From IMG/VR virus record IMGVR_UViG_3300017747_003269, positions 1 through 42,750 of that record: a DNA stretch of 42,750 nucleotides; one strand, written 5' to 3'. This DNA is from a virus. Lineage: Duplodnaviria; Caudoviricetes. The translations under genes and the position numbers were made by a program. The notes beneath the pieces are model-generated. The model was not told the DNA's origin, made no database searches, and was given only the letters and a program-made list of their open reading frames with translations. Positions 8,789-16,158 of this stretch are shown here, piece by piece (the stretch's first letter is position 1; every line of letters starts with the position of its first letter).

Positions 8789-9076
8789 ATGGACGCTAAT
8801 ACAACGGTGAGTAATGCGGGAAAATCACGCATAGACCTAACAGATGAGGAGAGGGCAGTCTTGTCCAAGTTCTTCCGACGTCATGGCACTGGGTTTAGAA
8901 CCAAGACTTGGCAACAGCGGTCTGATACTGAAAAGCTGTTGGCGGATGCTAAGTGGGCTGTTAGGCGTGCTAAGTACGGTCCAACAGGGCGCAAGCCACA
9001 GGATTACAGAGCTTGGCGTGACGCTAGGGGATTGCCGAGGGTGGAGGCTACGTTTGAGGACAACGAAAAACCCTAG
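8789..9076 (+). CDS. Basic hypothetical protein
   Basis: ATG at 8789 within ORF 8690..9076. Followed by hairpin CCCTAGC/GCTAGGG. Confidence 0.55.
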   Translation: MDANTTVSNAGKSRIDLTDEERAVLSKFFRRHGTGFRTKTWQQRSDTEKLLADAKWAVRRAKYGPTGRKPQDYRAWRDARGLPRVEATFEDNEKP

Positions 9077-9120
9077 CGTGTTAGGCTAGGGTGTAGTGGC
9101 GGAATAGTGGGTAGTGAAGG

Positions 9121-9333
9121 CTATTCAGTCCCGTTTAAAGCTTTTTCGACAGCCTCACAAGCGGCCCTGTTTGTCGGGTACTCTAAATCCTCTAAGTAGC
9201 TATAAGCTACAGCAACTGCCCTCGCGAGACGGGGAATAGAGGAGATCGCCGCCGCTTCCTTGTCCATTCCAACCGAATGGCAGTAAGCCACTATTGACCG
9301 CATATTCTCGTCAAACTTTTCTTGCGCAGTCAT
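9121..9333 (-). CDS. Hypothetical protein
   Basis: ORF track. Lies downstream of the leftward promoter. Confidence 0.65.
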   Translation of the reverse strand: MTAQEKFDENMRSIVAYCHSVGMDKEAAAISSIPRLARAVAVAYSYLEDLEYPTNRAACEAVEKALNGTE

Positions 9334-9351
9334 ATTCGTATCGGTTAATGT

Positions 9352-9723
9352 TCACTTCGCATCGGCCAGCAATGCGCGGGCAGTGTCTAGCAGCTGCGGA
9401 TAGTATTCGCCGGTATTGGTTAACTGCCCGCGATACAGGTGCTCCAACGGGGTCAAAGCCTCCCGTAACCTAATCACCTCAGCCAGCAATTCGGGCACGA
9501 GCGCAATGGCGGTGGCGTTGGCCTCTGTTGGCGGCAAGTCCTGTTCGTACTTGTTGATCTTGGTTTTGCTTTCCTTCAATTGCATATAAGCCTTGGCGAT
9601 TTCGTCGGCGAACTCTTCCCCGTCCTTGCGAAAGATATTGAATCCGTCTATTCCGCGCTTATACTTCCACTCCCCTTGCGTAATGCTCCGCTGTAGTTCG
9701 ATTAGTTGTTGTGTCGTTTTCAT
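9352..9723 (-). CDS. Hypothetical protein (Ead/Ea22-like pattern)
   Basis: ATG at 9723 after a GAAAG-rich leader. Pattern TQGEW...ANATAIALVPELLAEV. Confidence 0.65.
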   Translation of the reverse strand: MKTTQQLIELQRSITQGEWKYKRGIDGFNIFRKDGEEFADEIAKAYMQLKESKTKINKYEQDLPPTEANATAIALVPELLAEVIRLREALTPLEHLYRGQLTNTGEYYPQLLDTARALLADAK

Positions 9724-9771
9724 TGTCGTTTTTCTTTCGTTTCGGTTGTTGTTTTCTCTGCTAACGAGGCG

Positions 9772-9800
9772 ACTATTGCATTGCGCTCTCATCCCGTCAA
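9772..9800 (-). promoter_or_regulatory. Leftward sigma70 promoter
   Basis: TTGACG-N17-AATAGT with an extended -10 TG. Confidence 0.6.
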
Positions 9801-9843
9801 CACTCAATTGAAAAATAATTCGGAAATAATTCGCACTTGGCTA

Positions 9844-9872
9844 TTGACACAATCAATTCGTGTCGATATTGT
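9844..9872 (+). promoter_or_regulatory. Strong rightward sigma70 early promoter
   Basis: TTGACA-N17-TATTGT, with an internal inverted repeat GACAC-N9-GTGTC. Confidence 0.75.
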
Positions 9873-9918
9873 CCCGTCGACGGTAGCAGTGCAAACGCAA
9901 ACTAAACCTGTAAAGCCT

Positions 9919-10083
9919 ATGCAAACCCTCACCTTTCAAATCATAATCGTTCAAATCACGTCCCACACTTGGGAATGGAGCATCCGCGCCGGTGACGAAG
10001 TTCTGGCGGGCGGCTATTGCCGGACCAAGCGTGACGCGATGAATGATGCTGGGAAGGTATTTTCCAAACTCGAACTAAACTAA
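9919..10083 (+). CDS. Early hypothetical protein (54 aa)
   Basis: First ATG downstream of the promoter. Confidence 0.6.
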   Translation: MQTLTFQIIIVQITSHTWEWSIRAGDEVLAGGYCRTKRDAMNDAGKVFSKLELN

Positions 10084-10103
10084 CCATCAAACTAAATAAA
10101 CCT

Positions 10104-10493
10104 ATGACTACCATACCCACACAATACGAATACGAAACCAATGAGCGCGCCAGGTTCAATTCGGACTTGCGCAATGTCGAATCTGCCCCACTTGCGCATC
10201 GCAAGGAAGGAATGAAAGACTTTGCCGAGTCGCTAACGGTTGACTTTCGCATGGCTGAGCGCGCTGAATGGATTCTTAACGGAAGCTACGGCTTTGGCTG
10301 TTACCTAGTCGCCAAGGAAGTAGCAGAGAATAAGCGCATGAACCGCGCAGCCTGGTTTGGCCAAGTTATCGCCGCGCTCGATCATAACTGTCCAGCCGAT
10401 ATGGCGCGCAAGGCTTTCCTTGCCTTACCCAAGGAGCAACAAGTCAAAATCAACGCGGAGATAATCAAGGCAATTGACGACTTCTTCGCCTAG
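10104..10493 (+). CDS. Early hypothetical protein
   Basis: ORF track. Confidence 0.75.
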   Translation: MTTIPTQYEYETNERARFNSDLRNVESAPLAHRKEGMKDFAESLTVDFRMAERAEWILNGSYGFGCYLVAKEVAENKRMNRAAWFGQVIAALDHNCPADMARKAFLALPKEQQVKINAEIIKAIDDFFA

Positions 10494-10590
10494 CCTAAGC
10501 CCTCATTTCGCCCCGTTTCGGTTCGCACCGTGACGGGGCCATAATGGGCGCAAGGTGCGGCCAGGATAAACACTAAACTGAAATCATACC

Positions 10591-10836
10591 ATGACAACAC
10601 TACCTAAAGCCTTTTGCGGATATAACCAAGAGGCGCGAGCTTACGTTCCTTACAGCGGCAACCTCACAAAGGACAAAGAGGCTAAAGCGTCCGACATTCT
10701 TCGCAATGCTGGATTTCGGCCCGGGTGGAAGTGCTCCAATGTTGAAATTCAACCGCCTCACTCAACTGGATTCTCTGTTTACAAAGAGGACGGCGCGGGC
10801 GGGATGACTATTGTGAAAGTGTTCGCTTCGATTTAA
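10591..10836 (+). CDS. Early hypothetical protein
   Basis: ATG directly follows the 17-bp motif. Confidence 0.75.
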   Translation: MTTLPKAFCGYNQEARAYVPYSGNLTKDKEAKASDILRNAGFRPGWKCSNVEIQPPHSTGFSVYKEDGAGGMTIVKVFASI

Positions 10837-10863
10837 CCTAAACCGAAATCATACCTTAACGCT

Positions 10864-11049
10864 ATGGGCAGCAAGCCTAAACGAAATATCGGTTGCGCAT
10901 CACACGATCCTTTTGAGCGTGACTACTCCCTCGAATATCAACGCACACTCCACCGCCACCGTCCAGAATGTCCGCATTGCCGGATTTGGATGATCGGTTG
11001 CTTGACAATGACGGCACTTTGCATAATCATCGCAGTGTTGAGCCGGTAA
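10864..11049 (+). CDS. Small membrane-anchored CxxC protein, copy 1
   Basis: CPHC followed by a C-terminal hydrophobic helix. Paralog at 11622. Confidence 0.7.
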   Translation: MGSKPKRNIGCASHDPFERDYSLEYQRTLHRHRPECPHCRIWMIGCLTMTALCIIIAVLSR

Positions 11050-11076
11050 AAAACCTAAACTGAAATCATACCATGA
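10921..11076 (+). repeat. ~155-bp imperfect direct repeat, copy 1
   Basis: Aligns with 11634-11788. Confidence 0.92.
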
Positions 11077-11582
11077 ACACAATTCGAGAAAATTGCAATG
11101 CGGTCGGATCGTCAGCCTATTTCGGCGAAAATGGAGACTGGCTAATTGCCTGTTCAATTCATCGGGAGTCGGATTGCCTTTCCCGATCCAATTTCGACAC
11201 GTTCAAAAAGTCACTTGAATCGTTGCCTGAGGTTAAGAATTGGCAAGGCGAATTCGCGCCAGTGACTATCGAGCGATTCAGCCATTGGGCGGTGGGTTGG
11301 ATTGATTATTTAATCATCGATCCTGAGTGCATGCCTGCCGTTGCCCTGGCCGATTCATTACTTGAAAAGCTGGACAGCTATCCCGTGCTGAATGAGGATG
11401 ATTTCAGCGCAAAGGAACAGGAAGAGGTGGAAGTATTTTGGCGCGATTGCTACAGTTCAAAAGAGCGGATTGCATACGTGCGCAAGTTTCGCAATCAATT
11501 CGAGTTTCAAAACATGCAAGACATGTTAAGGTGCATTCGTGGGCAATATTTCGCTGGATACGCTTCTGAATTGATTCACTAA
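11073..11582 (+). CDS. Acidic early hypothetical protein (169 aa)
   Basis: Bounded by motif copies at both ends. Contains HWAVGWIDY and YPVLNED segments. Confidence 0.8.
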   Translation: MNTIRENCNAVGSSAYFGENGDWLIACSIHRESDCLSRSNFDTFKKSLESLPEVKNWQGEFAPVTIERFSHWAVGWIDYLIIDPECMPAVALADSLLEKLDSYPVLNEDDFSAKEQEEVEVFWRDCYSSKERIAYVRKFRNQFEFQNMQDMLRCIRGQYFAGYASELIH

Positions 11583-11621
11583 ACTGAAATCAGACCGCGA
11601 CAATTAACCAATAACACCGCT

Positions 11622-11762
11622 ATGGACAGCAAAGACTACTCCCTCGAATATCAACGCACACTCCACCGCCACCGTCCAGAATGTCCGCATTGTAGAGTGT
11701 GGATGATCGGCTGCTTGACAATGACGGCGCTGTGCATAATTATTGCAGTATTGAGCCGGTAA
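11622..11762 (+). CDS. Small membrane-anchored CxxC protein, copy 2 (46 aa)
   Basis: MDSKDYSLEYQRTLHRHRPECPHCRVWMIGCLTMTALCIIIAVLSR. Differences from copy 1 are nearly all synonymous. Confidence 0.75.
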   Translation: MDSKDYSLEYQRTLHRHRPECPHCRVWMIGCLTMTALCIIIAVLSR

Positions 11763-11788
11763 AAACCTAAACTGAAACCCCACCATGA
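11634..11788 (+). repeat. ~155-bp imperfect direct repeat, copy 2
   Basis: Aligns with 10921-11076. Confidence 0.92.
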
Positions 11789-11976
11789 CAACCTGGACAA
11801 TCGAAAAGGTTAACGACCGCTACTTCGTCGTCTCAACCGACGGCGACCGGCTCGAAGCTGGCCATAGCGAGGCCGTTGCGCAGTTCGCCGCGACCACGCT
11901 TAACCAGGGCATTGCCGAGACAGAGCCGGGGCGGGTGAATCATAATCCTTTTGGTAAGGGGCGCTGGACACAATAA
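11785..11976 (+). CDS. Early hypothetical protein
   Basis: ATG follows a motif variant. Confidence 0.7.
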   Translation: MTTWTIEKVNDRYFVVSTDGDRLEAGHSEAVAQFAATTLNQGIAETEPGRVNHNPFGKGRWTQ

Positions 11977-12038
11977 CTTTCACTGAAATCCGCGCTTTCA
12001 TCGACTGGTGAAACATTAACATAAACTGAAATCATACC

Positions 12039-12239
12039 ATGCCATGCTACAACGAGCAGTCCGCATTCAAATCAGCCCAGCGCCGTTACGATAATCTTTT
12101 ACCAGAAGATTTTGAACAGCCCGACGACAGACCTGTCAAAAGGTGCAAGACATGCGAAAACTATTTCCGCCAGGACCGCAGAACGCAGCACATTTGCGAG
12201 GAATGCGATTCGGCTGGAATCAGGCTTGGCGAAGACTAA
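12039..12239 (+). CDS. Small zinc-ribbon protein
   Basis: CKTC...CEEC. Flanked by motif copies. Confidence 0.7.
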   Translation: MPCYNEQSAFKSAQRRYDNLLPEDFEQPDDRPVKRCKTCENYFRQDRRTQHICEECDSAGIRLGED

Positions 12240-12329
12240 ACTGAAATCATACCGTGACTCTTTCCGCTCCAGGCATGGCCAACTTGGAGCGGTTCAACCG
12301 AAACAGGGCCAGAACAGAAAGTAACTAGT

Positions 12330-12725
12330 ATGAAAATGACCGATGTATACCCGTCCAAGTGGATCAAGGCTGACGACCTTGGCGAAGATGATGTCCAGCT
12401 TAAGATTGCTGGCGTCGAAATGGAGGAATTGACCAATGAGAGCGGCAAGAAGGACAGTAAGCCTGCCTGCTCATTCGTTGGCCAGAGCAAGAAACTCATC
12501 CTGTCCAAGACCAATTGGACACGTATCGCAGCCCAGCATGGCGAGGATTCGGACGGCTGGATTGGCAAGGTGATTACCTTGTACGCTGAACCCGAAGCCA
12601 AGTCCGATTCGGGCTATGCGGCCCGCGTCAAAGTGCCCAAGCCCAAGGCGGCTGGTGGGTTGGCGAAAACAATTGCTGCGCCTGTGGCTGAAGCTTCAGA
12701 GGACGGATCTGACGTGCCCTCATAA
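12330..12725 (+). CDS. Putative single-stranded DNA-binding (OB-fold-like) protein
   Basis: YPSKWIKADDL start, LSKTN...WIGKVITL, and an acidic flexible tail. Confidence 0.55.
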   Translation: MKMTDVYPSKWIKADDLGEDDVQLKIAGVEMEELTNESGKKDSKPACSFVGQSKKLILSKTNWTRIAAQHGEDSDGWIGKVITLYAEPEAKSDSGYAARVKVPKPKAAGGLAKTIAAPVAEASEDGSDVPS

Positions 12726-12751
12726 TCAACATCTTCCAAAACATCCCACAA

Positions 12752-12814
12752 CCCGGAGCCGTTTCCTCTACTGCTCGCTCAACCCTCCCTAAGGTGCGGC
12801 TCCGGGCTTCTTTT
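12752..12814 (+). terminator. Hairpin with T-run (possible terminator or attenuator)
   Basis: 10-bp stem CCCGGAGCCG/CGGCTCCGGG with a 35-nt loop, followed by CTTCTTTT. Confidence 0.5.
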
Positions 12815-12834
12815 AACCAAACTGAAATCATACC

Positions 12835-13041
12835 ATGAACGTCGAAGACCTTAAAATTGAAACGCTTGTGCGGGGAAATAAAGGCGGCCAGCATTGCGGA
12901 TTACCGCCAGTAGATATAAGGGTCACTCACGTTCCGTCTGGATTGATTGCGCAGTGCGGATCTGAAAGATCCCAGATGAGAAACAGAAACACCGCAATAG
13001 CCATGCTTGAATACGGCCTTTTGGAGATTGGATGGAAATGA
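12835..13041 (+). CDS. Stand-alone class I release factor (GGQ) domain protein
   Basis: DLKIET..GGQH....IRVTHVPSGL...C.SERSQMRNR..A...L matches the RF-1 peptidyl-tRNA hydrolase domain. Confidence 0.85.
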   Translation: MNVEDLKIETLVRGNKGGQHCGLPPVDIRVTHVPSGLIAQCGSERSQMRNRNTAIAMLEYGLLEIGWK

Positions 13042-13238
13042 AAAACACCTTGCTTTTAATGCCTGTATTTCCAGGTGAGTGCAATGTCTGCGGGAGCAGT
13101 GTTCAGCTTACGCACGTTTGCGCAGTGACCGGCATAAAGGTTGGACAGTGTTGCGAAAATGCACTTAAAACTGCCGATGCAGCACTTGATTACATGAGCA
13201 GCCGGGGCGGGCCATGTCACCCAGATCACAAACCATGA
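13032..13238 (+). CDS. Cys-rich hypothetical protein
   Basis: CNVC motif and operon packing. Confidence 0.6.
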   Translation: MEMKNTLLLMPVFPGECNVCGSSVQLTHVCAVTGIKVGQCCENALKTADAALDYMSSRGGPCHPDHKP

Positions 13239-13513
13239 AAAACCCCTACGATAAAAAGACCCAGCGAGCAGAACTAGCCAGGCAGCAACAGATCAATGAC
13301 GAGGCAAATCTTGCCCTCTTGATCCAGCAGTTGGAGCCGATGCGGGACAAGGCAACCCGTTACTTTCAGGACTTTGAGATTAAGGGCAAGCGCCGCTGGT
13401 GGCTGCTGCCCAATGAAACCCTAGAGGATGGGCTAATGGCGCATCCGACACGTATCGAATATGTGTTGAAGAATCTGGATTGGTTTGTTAAGACCATAAC
13501 GGAAAGCGAATAA
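13235..13513 (+). CDS. Hypothetical protein
   Basis: ATGA overlap at 13235. Confidence 0.7.
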   Translation: MKNPYDKKTQRAELARQQQINDEANLALLIQQLEPMRDKATRYFQDFEIKGKRRWWLLPNETLEDGLMAHPTRIEYVLKNLDWFVKTITESE

Positions 13514-13516
13514 AAT

Positions 13517-13792
13517 ATGAAAGAACAACTAAACCTAACAAGTGAAGATGGCCGTTCAATAGTTTACGAAGATAACCCCGAATTCGTAACCGTTGAAAAC
13601 AAGGTGATTAACAATTCTAGGTGGTCGATAATCCATCGAATTGTAATTCAGAGACAAGCAGACGGAAAGTTTTTCGCGGCCAGATACAGTGTTGGGGCCA
13701 CTGAAAGCCAAGACGAGCGCCCGTTTGAATACAACAAGCCAGAATTCACGGAGGTTGAAAAGAAGGAAGTTTTAACCGTTGTTTACGAATGA
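13517..13792 (+). CDS. Hypothetical phage protein
   Basis: ORF track. SRW...Y..GATESQDERPF pattern. Confidence 0.75.
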   Translation: MKEQLNLTSEDGRSIVYEDNPEFVTVENKVINNSRWSIIHRIVIQRQADGKFFAARYSVGATESQDERPFEYNKPEFTEVEKKEVLTVVYE

Positions 13793-14007
13793 CAACCATA
13801 AGAACCGACGAACTGTGCGTCACCCCCAAGCTGATGCGTGAACTGCGGTGGGTCGCCAAGGCCCGTCACTATAGCGGCCCAGAGGCGCTTGCAGACGCTT
13901 TGCTGACGGCTGCGCTCAAACAGATGTGCCCCGACCTTGAAGCCCGTGGCGAGGCGTATAGCAAGGCTACCTTTGAGGCGTATAACAAGGCGGTTGAGGG
14001 GATATGA
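13789..14007 (+). CDS. Hypothetical protein
   Basis: ATGA overlaps at both ends. Confidence 0.7.
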   Translation: MTTIRTDELCVTPKLMRELRWVAKARHYSGPEALADALLTAALKQMCPDLEARGEAYSKATFEAYNKAVEGI

Positions 14008-14729
14008 GGGCGCTTATTGCTTGTGAGTGCTCAGGGCGCGTTCGTGACGCATTCGCTGCTCTCGGGTGGGATGCGTGGTCGTGCGACCTGCTGCCGACTG
14101 ACGCCCCCGGTAAACACCACCATGGGGACGTGCGCGAGCTACTATCTCAGCAATGGGACATCCTGATTGCCTTCCCGCCATGCACATATCTATGCTCGTC
14201 TGGAATGCACTGGACCGTTCGCGGGCTGCGCGATCCTAAGCTGACGGAAGAGGCATTGGAATTTGTGCGCCTGTTGCTCGGTGCGGATTGCGAGCACATC
14301 ACGCTCGAAAATCCAGTCGGCGCAATCTCAACGCGAATCAGGAAACCCGACCAGATAATCCATCCGTGGCAGTTCGGCCATCCTGAAAGTAAAACAACTT
14401 GTCTGTGGCTCAAGAATCTACCCCCACTTACACCGACTCAGATATGCCAAAAGCCAGCAAGCGGGCGATGGGAAAATCAAACTCCAAGCGGACAAAACAA
14501 GCTCGGCCCAAGCAGGGACAGGTGGAAGGAGCGAAGCAAAACGTATCCCGGCATAGCCTCTGCGATGGCGGCACAGTGGAGCGAGTTCGTATTAAATTCG
14601 CGCATGAGTGCGGGCCATGCCCCTGTTGCGCAGAGCCTTTTTGCATTGAATGCGACGCCCATTATTCCGACTGCCACTGTGTTGGACCAAGCAGCGCCGA
14701 AGATGACGGCTGGAGGGTTGTTATTGTGA
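14004..14729 (+). CDS. DNA (cytosine-5) methyltransferase, short phage type
   Basis: LIACECSG (motif I variant), catalytic FPPC, ENP, QFGH...K.TCLW, and RSKTYPGIA.AMA.QW. Confidence 0.85.
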   Translation: MRALIACECSGRVRDAFAALGWDAWSCDLLPTDAPGKHHHGDVRELLSQQWDILIAFPPCTYLCSSGMHWTVRGLRDPKLTEEALEFVRLLLGADCEHITLENPVGAISTRIRKPDQIIHPWQFGHPESKTTCLWLKNLPPLTPTQICQKPASGRWENQTPSGQNKLGPSRDRWKERSKTYPGIASAMAAQWSEFVLNSRMSAGHAPVAQSLFALNATPIIPTATVLDQAAPKMTAGGLLL

Positions 14730-14761
14730 ACGGAATTCATTACGGAGAAAGGAAGCTATGA
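14576..14761 (+). CDS. Cys-rich zinc-binding protein overlapping the methyltransferase 3' end (61 aa)
   Basis: GTG at 14576. Sequence ECGPCPCCAEPFCIECDAHYSDCHCVGP. Its stop overlaps the resolvase ATG. Confidence 0.6.
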   Translation: MERVRIKFAHECGPCPCCAEPFCIECDAHYSDCHCVGPSSAEDDGWRVVIVNGIHYGERKL

Positions 14762-15078
14762 ACAGCCGCGCCAAGGGTGCCCGTGGTGAACGCGCCTTCC
14801 GTGACCTGCTTCGAGCCGAAGGCTATCAAGCGCGTCGCGGGCAGCAGTTCAGCGGGTCACCGGACAGCCCAGATGTGGTCTGCCCCGACCTTCAGGGCTA
14901 TCACTTCGAGGTCAAGTGCGTCGAGAAGCTGAACATCGAAGACGCCATGAACCAGGCCCGCCGTGATGCGGGAACGGCCAAGACGCCCATTGTCGCTCAT
15001 AAACGGAACCATTGCGGATGGCTGATTACGATGGATGCCGCAACCTACTTCAGCCTGATAAGGAATAAACCGGAATGA
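14758..15078 (+). CDS. Holliday junction resolvase (Hjc-like PD-(D/E)xK nuclease)
   Basis: MNSRAKGARGER...SPDV...HFEVK. Confidence 0.85.
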   Translation: MNSRAKGARGERAFRDLLRAEGYQARRGQQFSGSPDSPDVVCPDLQGYHFEVKCVEKLNIEDAMNQARRDAGTAKTPIVAHKRNHCGWLITMDAATYFSLIRNKPE

Positions 15079-15272
15079 ATGCCAATCTCGTCATGCGGGC
15101 GCACCAATACCTGTATTATGTCCAATGCAGGCCCGTCCTTACAGACCATCAATACGATTCGTTCTGCAAGCAGCATGGCCTGTTCGGCGGGGGCGGATCG
15201 GATCGCGAGTCTGATTATACCGACGAGGAAAAGGACATGGCCCGCAAGATAAAGAACGGAGAAGTTTTATGA
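15075..15272 (+). CDS. Stand-alone NAD-dependent DNA ligase subdomain-Ia-like protein
   Basis: HQYLYYVQCRPVLTDHQYD resembles the LigA pattern H...YY....P.ISD..YD. Confidence 0.65.
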   Translation: MNANLVMRAHQYLYYVQCRPVLTDHQYDSFCKQHGLFGGGGSDRESDYTDEEKDMARKIKNGEVL

Positions 15273-15365
15273 CCACACCTGAAGCCATTGTAGCCTGCAC
15301 GGTTCTGTTTGTTATTACAGTTGTAACCCTGACCTTTCTTGAACTAAGCGAACGAAAATAAACCT

Positions 15366-15716
15366 ATGAAACCAAGACCTAAAGAAACCTACAAGGACGG
15401 TAACGATATTGATATGGCGATTCGCATCGCCCAAGTCGCATGGCATCGCGCCAAGCACGACATGCTAAAGGCCAAGGCTGAGGCGGATCGCTGCCGGGAC
15501 ATCCTGCATGTGCTCGGGCTGGAAAACCTGAGCGAGCAGTTGCGCAACAAGTATCACACGCACTACGACAAGATGAAGGCGCAGAGAACACTGGAGGAAT
15601 CCGCCTCGCGCACCATGAAGCGGTTAGAATCGAAGCTGGCCCGGCTCAAGCAGGTGTCTGGCGTGGTCAAGACTGAGGCGTTCGCGTTTGTCGAGGATAA
15701 GGCGGTGACGGTGTGA
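15366..15716 (+). CDS. Coiled-coil hypothetical protein
   Basis: ORF track. Confidence 0.7.
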   Translation: MKPRPKETYKDGNDIDMAIRIAQVAWHRAKHDMLKAKAEADRCRDILHVLGLENLSEQLRNKYHTHYDKMKAQRTLEESASRTMKRLESKLARLKQVSGVVKTEAFAFVEDKAVTV

Positions 15717-15889
15717 AGATTACCATCGACGCAGAGTTTTCCTCCGCAACAGTGGAGAGCAAGCCCGGATATACCAGTGAAGGCGGGGCCGAGATTGATG
15801 AAGCTGTTGAGCTGATCAAATACGCCCTGCTCGGAGTCGGATTTCACCCTGAAACAATCAGCAAAGCATTTAATGAAAATCGAGATTGA
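15713..15889 (+). CDS. Hypothetical protein (58 aa)
   Basis: Manual translation. GTGA overlap at the start, and it fills the gap between neighbouring genes. Confidence 0.55.
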   Translation: MKITIDAEFSSATVESKPGYTSEGGAEIDEAVELIKYALLGVGFHPETISKAFNENRD

Positions 15890-16088
15890 TAAGACCATTC
15901 CATGCCCGACCGGGCGCCAACGCCTGGACGGACAACGCGCCACAATCAAGCGCACTCTGCTTGAGATGGCGGTTGGGGATTCGTTTACCTACGGGGAGAA
16001 CAAGCCGCTCTACGACGCTGCCAAGCAGGCTGGCGTGGCTATTACGACCCGGAAGATTGATGGTGGGTATAGGGTGTGGAAGCGATAA
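15873..16088 (+). CDS. Small putative DNA-binding protein
   Basis: Pattern IEIDKTIPCP...LEMAVGDSF...GYRVWKR, common in phages. Confidence 0.7.
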   Translation: MKIEIDKTIPCPTGRQRLDGQRATIKRTLLEMAVGDSFTYGENKPLYDAAKQAGVAITTRKIDGGYRVWKR

Positions 16089-16158
16089 CGACCAAGCTCT
16101 GTGAGTAAAGCAACAAACGTAAAGCGGAAAGGCCGTTCGCTGAAGCGCGTGGTTAGGT
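16083..16158 (-). mobile_element. attC-like integron recombination site 1 (central stem degenerate)
   Basis: Minus strand reads ACCTAAC-cacgc-GCTTCAGCGAAC...AGAGC-ttggtc-GTTATCG. Length 76 bp. Confidence 0.7.

Larger units (their letters stand above)
10574..12834 (+). repeat. Dispersed 17-bp gene-boundary motif TAAACTGAAATCATACC, 8 copies
   Basis: Copies start at 10574, 10839, 11056, 11580, 11768, 12022, 12237 and 12818, with 0-3 mismatches. Confidence 0.92.

Noticed and set aside
10921-11788. Diversity-generating retroelement TR/VR pair (given the BPP-1-like structural genes)
   Set aside because: Differences are synonymous and not adenine-specific, and no reverse transcriptase ORF is present.
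10574-12834. CRISPR array
   Set aside because: The repeats are only 17 bp and non-palindromic, and they are separated by roughly 170-560 bp of coding sequence. No cas genes are present.
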